Source: Candidatus Daviesbacteria bacterium | GTDB taxonomy: Bacteria > Patescibacteriota > Microgenomatia > Daviesbacterales > UBA10151 | NCBI GenBank assembly: GCA_028715175.1 | Contig: JAQUSJ010000001.1 | Span: forward strand, 71,760-135,759 | Reading direction: 5' to 3' | DNA length: 64,000 bases | Notes under the pieces: generated by a model | The model's input: only the letters and a program-made list of their open reading frames with translations | Database searches by the model: none | Told to the model about the DNA's origin: nothing | Part shown: positions 49,878 through 59,838 of the stretch, piece by piece | Numbering within the stretch: the first letter of the stretch is position 1 | How the letters are laid out: each line of letters opens with the position of its first letter | Position numbers and translations under genes: made by a program

Positions 49878-50026
49878 AACCAGCTTGTCAGTGCACAAAA
49901 AACCGCTCGCGCGACCAAGTCGCTCGCTTGGGATTTGTTTCGCGCCAAGCAATAACTTAAAGACATGTATTTCGGTGGTGCGCTCAACTGCATCACATTT
50001 TTTGATTGCTACTGACTTCGCTGGTT
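49878..50026. repeat. ~150-bp palindromic element related to 21065-21209
   Basis: AACCAGC...GCTGGTT termini; shared internal blocks with the in-gene copy. Confidence 0.7.
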
Positions 50027-50035
50027 TTTTCTTAT

Positions 50036-50716
50036 ATGAAAAATATTTGGATCATAGCTAATTGGAAATCTAACAAAAATATTGCTGAGGCACTTGATTG
50101 GATTTCAAAAGTGGGGCCAAATCTACCCAAAAGAGAAAATTTTAAAGTAGTAGTTTGTCCCAGCTTTAGCGCTCTATCAGAAGTGAAAAAAGCCATCACT
50201 GTAGGTAATTTTCCTCTTATAGTTGGAGCGCAGGATTTATCGCCTCTTGGTGCAGGTGCCTATACAGGAGAAGAGAGTGCAGAACTTCTAAAAGAGTTAA
50301 TTGATTTGGCAATCTTGGGCCATTCTGAAAGAAGACAAAATTTTGGGGAAACAGACGAAATGTTGGCCAAAAAAGTTGCTCAGGCAAATGCATACAGCAT
50401 TATTCCTGTAGTTTGTGTTCAAAGCTCAGATACTCCGGTGCCGGAGGGATGTAAATTGATTGCTTATGAACCGATCTTCGCTATTGGTACAGGTAATCCG
50501 GATACCCCGGAAAACGCCAATCAGGTGGCAGGGGTTTTGAAAGAAAAACATGGTCCGGCACCTGCCGGATTAGAGGTATTGTATGGCGGAAGCGTTACCA
50601 GTGAAAATGCCAAAGCTTTCATATTTCAATCTAACATTAACGGACTGCTAATCGGTAAAGCCTCTTTAGATGCGGAGGAGTTTATCAAAATATGTAAAGT
50701 TATGGAGCTGATTTAA
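50036..50716 (+). CDS. tpiA: Triosephosphate isomerase (short)
   Basis: ANWK, GAYTGE, GHSERR, AYEP, LYGGSV. Confidence 0.95.
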   Translation: MKNIWIIANWKSNKNIAEALDWISKVGPNLPKRENFKVVVCPSFSALSEVKKAITVGNFPLIVGAQDLSPLGAGAYTGEESAELLKELIDLAILGHSERRQNFGETDEMLAKKVAQANAYSIIPVVCVQSSDTPVPEGCKLIAYEPIFAIGTGNPDTPENANQVAGVLKEKHGPAPAGLEVLYGGSVTSENAKAFIFQSNINGLLIGKASLDAEEFIKICKVMELI

Positions 50717-51964
50717 GTGGATAATTTAAGGCCCTTAAGGTTAGGCAAAAGCGAAAAAGATAATCCCTTGAAGGTTAGAAGAGTAAGGCAGGCGATTAAA
50801 AAATTATTGCCGGTACTAATCGTAGTAGGAATTTTAATATCACTTGCCATTTTTCTAACGACTTTGTCGGGAACCAATTCCTATGTTTCTTCCATTATTT
50901 CTGGTACCGCACTCAAAAGTACTGATGGCAGGGTTAATATTTTACTGTTGGGAATAGCCGGCGGGACCCATGAGGGACCAACTTTAACAGATACGATTAT
51001 GGTTGCCTCATATAATCTTAAAACCGATCAGGTTTATCTTTTTTCTATTCCCAGGGATTTATGGCTGCCTTCTTTTAAAAGCAAAGTAAATGCAGTGTAT
51101 GAAATTGGTCTTTCGCAAAATAATGGTTTGGGGCTTTCTAAAACTGTCATGGGTAATATTTTAGGTTTGCCTATTCACTACTCTTTAAGAGTAGATTTTA
51201 GGGGTTTTGTACAAGCAATTGACACAATAGACGGAATAGATGTAGCAGTTGAAAAGTCTTTTGATGATTATCTATACCCGATTCAAGGGAAAGAAGATGA
51301 CCTTTGTGGAAATAGCGAGAAAGAGATGGAATTTAGTGAAGAAGAAGCAAAAAAATTAAATATTGATCCTGGTAAAAGAAAAGTTCTAATCAATCCTGAA
51401 GGACAAATCGCCACAGATGCGGCAGAAGAAGATAAAGGAATTAAATATTTTAGTTGTAGATATGAACATATTAGTTTTAGTCAGGGTAAGATGCATATGA
51501 ATGGGGCAGTGGCCTTGGCTTTTGTCAGGTCAAGACATGGTACAAACGGTGAGGCATCAGATTTTGCCAGGTCAAAAAGACAGCAAAAAGTGATTGAGGC
51601 AGTCAGGAGTCGATTGCTATCTTTAGAAACTCTCTCAAGCCCTCAGAAAGTTTCGGATTTAGTTAAAACATTAGGTAAAAGCATAGACACCGACATTTCT
51701 ATAAAAGATGCACTTGAATTCTATAAATTGTCTCGCAAAATCGGCAAAATTCACAGTTTTATTTTAGATGCTTCTCCAAAATCAGGTTTATCAGACAATG
51801 TAACTTCTTTGTTGATTAATCCTCCGCGTGATGAGTATGGAGGCGCTTATGTTTTGATATCTCAAGATGATGACTTTTCTATTATACAAGGATATGTTAA
51901 AAAGATACTCGAAGGGCAAATAACAGAATATGAAGCTACTGGTGCTGCACGGACCGGCAATTGA
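50717..51964 (+). CDS. LCP (LytR-CpsA-Psr) family protein
   Basis: NILLLG, TDTIM, SIPRDL, FVRSRH, DFARSKRQQ. Confidence 0.93.
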   Translation: MDNLRPLRLGKSEKDNPLKVRRVRQAIKKLLPVLIVVGILISLAIFLTTLSGTNSYVSSIISGTALKSTDGRVNILLLGIAGGTHEGPTLTDTIMVASYNLKTDQVYLFSIPRDLWLPSFKSKVNAVYEIGLSQNNGLGLSKTVMGNILGLPIHYSLRVDFRGFVQAIDTIDGIDVAVEKSFDDYLYPIQGKEDDLCGNSEKEMEFSEEEAKKLNIDPGKRKVLINPEGQIATDAAEEDKGIKYFSCRYEHISFSQGKMHMNGAVALAFVRSRHGTNGEASDFARSKRQQKVIEAVRSRLLSLETLSSPQKVSDLVKTLGKSIDTDISIKDALEFYKLSRKIGKIHSFILDASPKSGLSDNVTSLLINPPRDEYGGAYVLISQDDDFSIIQGYVKKILEGQITEYEATGAARTGN

Positions 51965-52580
51965 AGCTTCCAGAAGGAAATTAGGAGAACTGCGCAAGAA
52001 ATTTGATCCTGATAATGTTGTAGTTTTTGATGCTCAAGCAAGTTCAGGACAAGTAATTGCCAATTTAATGACGGTTCCTATGTTTTCCGAGGAAAGGTTG
52101 ATTATCTGGGAAAACCCAATTGATGTTTTTGAACCACCAACTACCAACTACCAACTACCAACTACTCTAATCCTATGGTTTGATCATATTATAGATACAA
52201 AAAAATGGCCGGGGTTTGAATACCTGTTTTTCCCGGAAAGTAAAGAAATTTCCGTATTTCCATTTTTGGATTATTTGGCAGCTCATGATAAAAAAGCTTT
52301 CTTAGAAGTGGAGAAATTAAAAAAAGCAAATTTCGATGTCCACTATCTCATAACTATGGTTTTTTATCTGTTGCGGAATTTGGTAGTTACTCCTAAAACC
52401 GCGCCTCCCTTTGTTAAGCAAAAACTTGCCAAACAAAGAAGTAATTTTAGCAAAGAAAGATTAATAAATCTTTACAGGGATATTTTAGAAATTGAATTTA
52501 AAATTAAGTCAGGTTTATTGGAAAAAGACCAGGCAGAATTTTTACTGGTTAATAAATTCATTGGGAGCCTAATGATTTGA
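51930..52580 (+). CDS. Reduced DNA polymerase III delta (HolA)-like protein
   Basis: PMFSEERLII, PPFV..KL, EFKIKSG. Confidence 0.6.
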   Translation: MKLLVLHGPAIEASRRKLGELRKKFDPDNVVVFDAQASSGQVIANLMTVPMFSEERLIIWENPIDVFEPPTTNYQLPTTLILWFDHIIDTKKWPGFEYLFFPESKEISVFPFLDYLAAHDKKAFLEVEKLKKANFDVHYLITMVFYLLRNLVVTPKTAPPFVKQKLAKQRSNFSKERLINLYRDILEIEFKIKSGLLEKDQAEFLLVNKFIGSLMI

Positions 52581-53538
52581 GTTTTTGAGACATCAAATCC
52601 AGATCTTTTTGATTAATTACCCCATCTGTATTAATATCTGTTTTTGCACACGATCTATTCCCTGGTAAAGCAGTATTTGGTTGTTTGCCGAAACATGAAG
52701 ACAGTATTGCATAATCGGTTGAATTTATTTTTCCGTCACTATTTAAATCATATTTATCTAAATCCTTGATGGCTGAAGGCAGCGGTGTTTCAGTAAGTAT
52801 AGTCAGATCAAGATCTTGACCTAGTTTAACGGGAGGAAGAGAAGATGAATTAGTTTGTAACTTGAAGAGGATACTTGCGTTTCCTTTGTCGGAGTTGATA
52901 GTCAATTTAGCAATTGTTTCTTCTGTTAATGGAAATACATCAGAAAGGTCTGTTTTGCGGATTTGGGCGATAGGGATCAAAAAATTGCCGCCAGACTTGA
53001 TTAAAGAAGACTGGGTTGCAGCATCCTGGATTGATAAATAAACAACGCCATCATTTAGCGGGTTATTGCCGTCTATTACAGAACCTATGACTGGTGTAAA
53101 TCCAGCCTGATTAATTAGAGGGTTTGCAGTGTCAAATTTCATTACTTCTGATATGAACTTGCCGGATGTAATTTTAAATAAATAGTTAGTGTTAGGAAGC
53201 AGGTTTTTTAGTGTCACATAATGGATTAAACGGGGTTTGGGCCTCGCACCAGACGGTGTGGGATTAGCATCCCTATCGTCTAGCACTGTTTGTTCTCCGG
53301 GATTTTTTTGGCCATAGGTGATAAAAGATTTAGTGGCAGTATTTGTTTGCCAGGAAATTACTGCCGAATCATCCGTGATGTTCGTAATAGCAACATCTCG
53401 TGGAGTCAAATCAGGTGCGGCTTGTGACAAAAAAACTTGCTCTCTTAAAACTAAATAAAGCCCGCTTATTATTCCTAGAATGATTATACTTAAACCAAGA
53501 AGCGTTGGTATTTTAAATTTGTTGAAGAAATTTGTCAT
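52558..53538 (-). CDS. Membrane-anchored FN3-like protein with C-terminal dockerin-type repeats
   Basis: ITNIT..SA.ISW.T, H.V.L.NL.P.T.Y; DLNSDGKINSTD and DINTDGVINQKD. Confidence 0.8.
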   Translation of the reverse strand: MTNFFNKFKIPTLLGLSIIILGIISGLYLVLREQVFLSQAAPDLTPRDVAITNITDDSAVISWQTNTATKSFITYGQKNPGEQTVLDDRDANPTPSGARPKPRLIHYVTLKNLLPNTNYLFKITSGKFISEVMKFDTANPLINQAGFTPVIGSVIDGNNPLNDGVVYLSIQDAATQSSLIKSGGNFLIPIAQIRKTDLSDVFPLTEETIAKLTINSDKGNASILFKLQTNSSSLPPVKLGQDLDLTILTETPLPSAIKDLDKYDLNSDGKINSTDYAILSSCFGKQPNTALPGNRSCAKTDINTDGVINQKDLDLMSQKLKSLGSQ

Positions 53539-53708
53539 GGTGATTCTACGCTGCTGGTATCCAAGTCTGGACTAATTGGTACGATAATTTCTTGCAGCTT
53601 TTGAGGTATTTCCACCTGGGAGCGCGTATGAAAAATATCGAATATAACCCATGCGCTAATCGTAATAAAAGTTATTATAACAGCTATCAGCCACTCTTTG
53701 CGTAACAT
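53535..53708 (-). CDS. 57-aa membrane protein (not in ORF track) after pilO
   Basis: MLRKEWLIAVIITFITISAWVIFDIFHTRSQVEIPQKLQEIIVPISPDLDTSSVESP; 1 nt after pilO stop, ATGA overlap with next gene. Confidence 0.75.
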   Translation of the reverse strand: MLRKEWLIAVIITFITISAWVIFDIFHTRSQVEIPQKLQEIIVPISPDLDTSSVESP

Positions 53709-53709
53709 A

Positions 53710-54315
53710 TTATTTTAGATAGAATGCTTTTCCTGATAAAGATAAAATTAATGATTTGCTGTCGCTGGTTTTCGATAAAGATAAACTGTCAATAGAGATT
53801 AACCGGTTACTCGTTTTCAAGTCCTGCAAGAGCGCGGTTAAGTTGTTATAATTACCTTCCGCGTTAAAAGTAAATTTCGCTTCAGCCAATACACCCAATT
53901 TATCTGTGATTTTAGTTTCTATCGCAAACGGCTGGATTTGTAATGCCGATACCGACGCCTCGTGATTCTTAGTTGTTTGTTCAAGGGTTTGTGATATTGA
54001 TTTTAAATTGATTGAGTCGGGAATTGCAGCAGAAATTTTGTCTTTAATTTTCTGATCTAAATTATCATAATTTTTTTTGCCTAAAGAGAGATTATTTGCT
54101 TTTTGAGTGACTTTTTGTAAAATCGCATCTGCATCCGCTATCTTTTTCTGTAAGACAAGAATAGTTTCTACAGTTGGTTTGATCGCAAAATATATGAGTA
54201 TTGTGATAACTAAAAGACTTAATATTGTTGATCCGTAATTTTTAACAATAGGGAGTTTAGTAATTGGCTTAATATATGTAAAATACCGCGAATAGAGAGT
54301 AGATCTATTGTGCAT
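53710..54315 (-). CDS. pilO: Type IV pilus assembly PilO-like protein
   Basis: TM, coiled coil, AIP, GNYNNL..LL..L...RLISID.L. Confidence 0.75.
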   Translation of the reverse strand: MHNRSTLYSRYFTYIKPITKLPIVKNYGSTILSLLVITILIYFAIKPTVETILVLQKKIADADAILQKVTQKANNLSLGKKNYDNLDQKIKDKISAAIPDSINLKSISQTLEQTTKNHEASVSALQIQPFAIETKITDKLGVLAEAKFTFNAEGNYNNLTALLQDLKTSNRLISIDSLSLSKTSDSKSLILSLSGKAFYLK

Positions 54316-54319
54316 ACGA

Positions 54320-54904
54320 TTACAATTTACTTCCTCCTGAAGCTGTCGGTTTAGCCGAGGCATCAATAGCAAATTTGATAGTGTCTTGTTCCATGCTAAT
54401 GCTTGAAAGGTTGACATCGCTAAAAGCGTTGTCCATTTTTAAGCCGGCAATAAAGTTGGCAATATCGCTGTTAAATGACGTCTGGCCGGAGATATGGATA
54501 TTGGCACTGCCAAGGTTTGTATCAATGTTAATACTTGATAAAGTAATACTTGTAGGAATTTGGTCGGCAATTTTTTTCAAAAGTAATTGCCAATCGAGCG
54601 TATTTGTTTTTATTGTATTTATTGTTAATAATTTAAGTTGAGTATCTCTGATTAAAAGCTCATAAGACTTTAAGCTTTCGATGTAAGGAATTTGTTCTGC
54701 GATAGCTTCATTTTTTGCTGCTAAGTCTGCATCGAATTTAAATCTTGCAACAAGAGCAATTAAAACCAGCGCATTAACAGCAATAAAGATGTAGCGTCCG
54801 CTGGAAAATAACCAGCTAATAAGCTTAACCGGAAGTTTTTCAGGATTACTTTGTGGTTTAAGCAGGTTTAGATTAAGAGTCAGAACGGGTTTAGATTTGG
54901 GCAT
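54320..54904 (-). CDS. pilN: Type IV pilus assembly PilN-like protein
   Basis: LNLL.P, TM, IP.SITL.SI, ISG, F.DV.L. Confidence 0.75.
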   Translation of the reverse strand: MPKSKPVLTLNLNLLKPQSNPEKLPVKLISWLFSSGRYIFIAVNALVLIALVARFKFDADLAAKNEAIAEQIPYIESLKSYELLIRDTQLKLLTINTIKTNTLDWQLLLKKIADQIPTSITLSSINIDTNLGSANIHISGQTSFNSDIANFIAGLKMDNAFSDVNLSSISMEQDTIKFAIDASAKPTASGGSKL

Positions 54905-54939
54905 GACTTCATTATACTAGGATAATACACGATTGAAAA

Positions 54940-55233
54940 CTACTTAGCTTTTTTAACAGGAGTTTTTTTGACGGACTTTTTAGGAGCGATATTTACTCCT
55001 TGCGAGATTAGTTTTGATAGTCGTGACTTTAATCGGGCAGACTTATTTGGATGAATTAAGTGTACCTTGGCGGCTTTATCCAAGGCAGAAAAGGTGGCCT
55101 GTAAATCTTTGGCTGTTTTGCTTGTTCTTACTTTTTTTATTAAAGCTTTTAAGGCGGCCTCCCGCTTTTTGTTACGGGCTGTTCTTGTCTTATCTTTGCG
55201 CACCTTTTTAATTGCTGATTTTATAATTGGCAT
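54940..55233 (-). CDS. rpsT: 30S ribosomal protein S20
   Basis: MPIIKSAIKK, LDKAAK..LIH.NK.AR.KSRL. Confidence 0.95.
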   Translation of the reverse strand: MPIIKSAIKKVRKDKTRTARNKKREAALKALIKKVRTSKTAKDLQATFSALDKAAKVHLIHPNKSARLKSRLSKLISQGVNIAPKKSVKKTPVKKAK

Positions 55234-55367
55234 AAATTTATTTATGACGATTATATCAGAGGAGCGCAATTCGCCTTAGCGAAAGCGACCTGCTGATCTA
55301 ATTGGCATGAGGGGAATAGTAACACAGCTTCTTTCTTTGCACAAGCCAGAATGCTAAAATCTTATTT

Positions 55368-57002
55368 ATGGTAAAAAATCTTTTTTCGCTTCTTTATTCC
55401 AGACAAACATCAATTTTATCGGCAGCTTCAATAATCATGACAACGATGATATTATCCAAAGTCTTAGGTTTAATCCGTGATCGTTTACTGGCACATGTGT
55501 TTTTGCCGGAAAAAATAGATATTTTTTGGGCGGCATTTAGATTACCGGACTTAATATTTCAGATAATTATTCTTGGTGCACTATCAGTAGCTTTTATACC
55601 GGTATTTACTGAACATCTGGAGAATAAAGGTAAAGAGGATGCTTTTGAGATGGCAAGGGCAGTTTTAAATGTGTCTTTAGTTATATTTATTTTTACAACA
55701 ATCTTAATTTATTTTTTTGCCCAACCTATCATTGCCAGCTTTATTGCGCCGGGGTTTACTGCTTCAAGGCAAATACAAGTTGTGCAGTTAACACGGGTTA
55801 TTTTATTTGGTCAGGTTATTTTAGTGCTGGGATCTTTTTTTATTGGCATTTCGCAATCTTTTCAAAGATTTATTATTCCATCCCTGTCACCTGTCTTTTA
55901 TAACTTTGGAATTATTTTAGGTATTGTTTTTTTGTCCAAGCAGATGGGTATTATGGGTGCGGCTTATGGTGTAGTAATAGGTGCATTCTTGCATGCCGCA
56001 GTACAAATACCATTAGTTTGGTCTATGGGTTTCAGGTTTAAATTCCCTCTCAAATTTTTTAATCCGGGAGTAAAAGAAATAATGAGACTGATGAGCGTTA
56101 GGACGATTGGACTCTCTGCCGAACAAATTAATGAAACAGTAGGACTAGCTTTGGCTTCAGTTGCTTCTGTGGGGTCTGTGACATATCTGACTTTTGCACA
56201 ACATTTACAAGTTGTACCAATAGGTCTTTTCGGGGCAACGCTGGCTCAAGCTGCTTTGCCTGTTCTCTCTTCAGAAAGAGCTAGAGGAAGAATTGAAGAA
56301 TTTAAAATAACTATTCTTACAACTTTACACCAAATTCTTTTCCTGACGCTGCCGGCAACAGCAATTCTGATTGTAATTAGAATTCCGGTTGTCAGGCTTG
56401 TTTTTGGCGCTTCTCAATTTAACTGGGAAGCCACGGTTTTAACCGGCGCAACATTAGCTTTTCTTTCAATCGGCCTCTCTGCCCAAGCTATCTCTTTGCT
56501 TTTGGTAAGAGGTTTTTATGCCTTAAAAGACACGAAAACGCCGGTTATTGTTTCTCTTGCGGTAGTGACAGTCAATATTGTACTGAGTTTATATGCTATT
56601 GTTATTTTAAAGTTTGATGTTTGGAGTATAGGATTTGCCAATTCTGTTTCTGCGGTACTCTCGGCAATCCTGCTTTTTGGGACACTTCATTTTAAGGTAG
56701 GAAAATTTAATTTAAAAATGGTGTTAATTCCTCTTTTGAAAATGCTTATGGCAACTGTAGTTATGGGTGTTTCTTTGTATATTCCAGTAAAGCTTTTAGA
56801 TGCTGTAATTTTCGATACCACCAAAACTGTCAATCTTTTGGCTTTGACCGGGATTTCTTCCTTATTTGCTTTATCTATATATGTAGCATTGGTTAGATTT
56901 TTGAAGGTGCGGGAATTGGATACATATGTTGAACTTATTAAAAGATTTGGGAGACTGCAAAGTAAGTTGAAGTCTAAAGAAATTCTGTCTGAGACTGTTT
57001 AG
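55368..57002 (+). CDS. murJ: Lipid II flippase MurJ
   Basis: S.VLG.IRD, AFRLPD, GALS.AFIPVF, FYALKDTKTP. Confidence 0.95.
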   Translation: MVKNLFSLLYSRQTSILSAASIIMTTMILSKVLGLIRDRLLAHVFLPEKIDIFWAAFRLPDLIFQIIILGALSVAFIPVFTEHLENKGKEDAFEMARAVLNVSLVIFIFTTILIYFFAQPIIASFIAPGFTASRQIQVVQLTRVILFGQVILVLGSFFIGISQSFQRFIIPSLSPVFYNFGIILGIVFLSKQMGIMGAAYGVVIGAFLHAAVQIPLVWSMGFRFKFPLKFFNPGVKEIMRLMSVRTIGLSAEQINETVGLALASVASVGSVTYLTFAQHLQVVPIGLFGATLAQAALPVLSSERARGRIEEFKITILTTLHQILFLTLPATAILIVIRIPVVRLVFGASQFNWEATVLTGATLAFLSIGLSAQAISLLLVRGFYALKDTKTPVIVSLAVVTVNIVLSLYAIVILKFDVWSIGFANSVSAVLSAILLFGTLHFKVGKFNLKMVLIPLLKMLMATVVMGVSLYIPVKLLDAVIFDTTKTVNLLALTGISSLFALSIYVALVRFLKVRELDTYVELIKRFGRLQSKLKSKEILSETV

Positions 57003-57026
57003 GTTGAATTTGCTACAATACCCTCT

Positions 57027-58862
57027 GTGAATATCAGAAATTTCTCAATTATTGCTCATATTGACCACGGTAAATCTACTTTGGCAGACAGGCTGCTGGA
57101 GATTTGCCATACGGTTCCACCGGATAAAATGAAGCCGCAGCTTTTAGATTCTTTGGCGCTGGAGCGTGAACGTGGTATTACTATAAAACTTGCTCCTGTA
57201 AGATTGAAATACAATTTAGACGGTGTGGAATATGTCCTAAACCTGATTGATACACCGGGACATGTTGATTTTTCTTATGAGGTTTCCAGAGCTCTGGCAG
57301 CAGTTGAAGGCGCAATACTTTTAGTAGATGCAACCCAGGGTATTCAAGCGCAAACTTTGGCACACGGTTTGGCAGCTCTAGAGCAAAATTTAACGTTAAT
57401 TCCGGTAATAAATAAAATTGATTTACCGAATGCGGATATTGAATCAACAAAAAAACAACTTATAGAAACATTCGGATTTGCAGCAGAGGAGATATTGCTA
57501 GTGTCAGGCAAGACTGGTCAGGGTGTGCAGAAGCTTTTGGAAATAATAATTGAAAAAGTGCCTCCGCCTAAAATAGATCTTTTGTCACAAAGCTTCTCAG
57601 GACTGCAAGTCCTTCGGGCTCTTGTTTTTGATTCGTTTTTTGACAGCTTTAAAGGGGTGGTTGCCCAGGTACGAATTGTTGAAGGCCAGACACCAAAAAC
57701 TCAAGCCCCGATTATTTTTCTGGGGACTAAAGCTTCGGGCCATATCCTGGAAACCGGATTTTTTGCTCCTCAGCTTATTCCAAATAACGGTCTAAAAGCA
57801 GGAGAGATAGGTTATATTGCCACAGGCATTAAAGAGCCGGATTTAGTCAGAGTTGGTGATACAATAACAAGTTTATCGAATATCGAATATGGTACATCGG
57901 AAGACAAAAACGATAACCGATTAACGATAAACGATATACAACCTTTGCCAGGTTATAAGCAGGTTAAACCAATGGTTTTTGTGGGACTTTTTCCCATAGA
58001 CGCTGACGAGTATTTTGAATTGAAAGAAGCTTTGGCTAAATTTAGATTAACTGATCCTGCTTTTTCTTATACTCCGGAGCAATCACGAGCTTTAGGAGCC
58101 GGTTTTCGATGCGGGTTTTTAGGGTTACTTCATGCAGAGGTGGTACAGGAGAGGTTACTAAAAGAATTTAATGTCGATCTTTTGGCGACTGCTCCGTCAG
58201 TTGAATATTTGCTGGATAGAAAACCTATTATTTCACCAAGCGATTTGCCGCAAGGAACCAATATCAAGAATTTAGAAGAACCATGGGTAAATTTAAGGAT
58301 TTTTGTACCACAAACTTATATCGGTTCGGTTATGGAATTAGTACAAGATAAGAGGGGTAAGTTTTTAAACATGCAGCACTTTGGGATCCAAGTTGAACTG
58401 TTGTATGAGATGCCGCTTTCTGAGATGGTGACTAACTTTTATGATAAATTAAAATCAGTTTCTTCCGGTTTTGCTTCCCTGGACTGGGAGTTTTTGGATT
58501 TTCGGGAAGCGGATGCGGTCAGGGTAGATATTTTGGTTTCCGGGGAAAAAGTAGATGCTCTCTCAACTATTGTTTTTAGACCTAAGGCGGAAAGTTTTGG
58601 CAGGAGGATGGTGGAAAAATTAAAAGAAGTGCTGCCTCGGCAAAATTTTACTATTGCAATTCAAGCTGCTATTGGCGGGACTATTATTGCCAGGGAAACA
58701 GTCAGTCCTTTCAGAAAAGATGTTACAGCTAAACTTTATGGAGGAGATAGGACCAGAAAAGACAAACTTTTGGAAAAACAGAAAAAGGGTAAAAAGAAAA
58801 TGAAGACGATCGGTAGGGTACAGATACCGCAGGAAGCATTTTTAAGCGTTTTAAAATCTTAA
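57027..58862 (+). CDS. lepA: Elongation factor 4
   Basis: IRNFSIIAHIDHGKST, GFRCGFLGLLH, YGGD.TRK.KLL. Confidence 0.98.
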   Translation: MNIRNFSIIAHIDHGKSTLADRLLEICHTVPPDKMKPQLLDSLALERERGITIKLAPVRLKYNLDGVEYVLNLIDTPGHVDFSYEVSRALAAVEGAILLVDATQGIQAQTLAHGLAALEQNLTLIPVINKIDLPNADIESTKKQLIETFGFAAEEILLVSGKTGQGVQKLLEIIIEKVPPPKIDLLSQSFSGLQVLRALVFDSFFDSFKGVVAQVRIVEGQTPKTQAPIIFLGTKASGHILETGFFAPQLIPNNGLKAGEIGYIATGIKEPDLVRVGDTITSLSNIEYGTSEDKNDNRLTINDIQPLPGYKQVKPMVFVGLFPIDADEYFELKEALAKFRLTDPAFSYTPEQSRALGAGFRCGFLGLLHAEVVQERLLKEFNVDLLATAPSVEYLLDRKPIISPSDLPQGTNIKNLEEPWVNLRIFVPQTYIGSVMELVQDKRGKFLNMQHFGIQVELLYEMPLSEMVTNFYDKLKSVSSGFASLDWEFLDFREADAVRVDILVSGEKVDALSTIVFRPKAESFGRRMVEKLKEVLPRQNFTIAIQAAIGGTIIARETVSPFRKDVTAKLYGGDRTRKDKLLEKQKKGKKKMKTIGRVQIPQEAFLSVLKS

Positions 58863-58865
58863 TTT

Positions 58866-59837
58866 ATGAAAATAATAAAACCTGCAAAACTTTGTCTAGG
58901 AGATACCATTGGGATTGTGGCTTCATCTTTGCCAGTCCTTGATACCCATAAAGAGAAATATCAAAAAGGGAAAAAGTTGATTCAGGAAATGGGTTTTAAG
59001 ATTAAAGAAGGGAAAACTATTGGCCAGAAGAGATGGTGGATGGCAGGAACCCCTAAAGAGGTAGCCCAAGATATAAATTCCATGTTCTTAGATAAACAGA
59101 TTAGGGCAATTATGGCTCATACTGGAGGATATTCTGCAATCTCGGTGATAGAACATTTAGATTATGGTTTGATAGTCCAAAATCCAAAACCATTTATTGG
59201 GATGTCTGATACGACTATTTATCATCTGGCGATTTTTGAAAGATGCGGTATGGTGGGATTCCATATGGATGATTTAAGTTATGGATTCGGCAGGGAATTG
59301 AAGGAAGGAATGGAAAACTGGCCTAAGCTAAACCAAGAACTATTTTTGAAGTTTCTAACCAAAACTCAAGCTCCCGGAATAATAAAACCAATCACTGAAT
59401 GGGAAGAATGGAAAAAAGGGCAAGCTTCTGGCCATTTGATGGGAGGAATTTTAGAAAGAATTTCTACATTATCCGGTACAAAATATTTTCCTAATTTGGA
59501 TTTGTTTGAAGGTGGTGTGTTATTTTGGGAAGAAATTGGTAAAGATTTATCAGAAATCTACCAATATCTTTATCAGCTAAAAAATATGGGGATTTTTGAA
59601 AAAATAAACGGGATGTTGATTGGAAAAATTAAATATTCCAAACCGCTGAGACAACAAGTAGTAGAACCTACCCTAAAAGAAATGGTCTTGGAAATTTTGA
59701 AAGATTATAATTTTCCTATCATGGCTAATATGGATTTTGGCCATTTTACCGTCAATATCCCCATGCCAATTGGTATCAAAGTTTCTTTTGATACTGCCAA
59801 AAAAGAATTAAAATTTTTAGAAGGAGCAGTTGTTTAA
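58866..59837 (+). CDS. S66 LD-carboxypeptidase/MccF-like peptidase
   Basis: GGY, FIGMSD (Ser), WEE (Glu), FGH (His). Confidence 0.9.
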   Translation: MKIIKPAKLCLGDTIGIVASSLPVLDTHKEKYQKGKKLIQEMGFKIKEGKTIGQKRWWMAGTPKEVAQDINSMFLDKQIRAIMAHTGGYSAISVIEHLDYGLIVQNPKPFIGMSDTTIYHLAIFERCGMVGFHMDDLSYGFGRELKEGMENWPKLNQELFLKFLTKTQAPGIIKPITEWEEWKKGQASGHLMGGILERISTLSGTKYFPNLDLFEGGVLFWEEIGKDLSEIYQYLYQLKNMGIFEKINGMLIGKIKYSKPLRQQVVEPTLKEMVLEILKDYNFPIMANMDFGHFTVNIPMPIGIKVSFDTAKKELKFLEGAVV

Positions 59838-59838
59838 T

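Noticed and set aside
49864-50061. 65-aa ORF and extended tpiA N-terminus
   Set aside because: Both read through the palindromic element; tpiA homology starts at ATG 50036.
53540-53620. Possible serS C-terminal fragment (VEIPQKLQ)
   Set aside because: Resemblance limited to a few residues; better explained as part of the intact 57-aa ORF in the pil operon.
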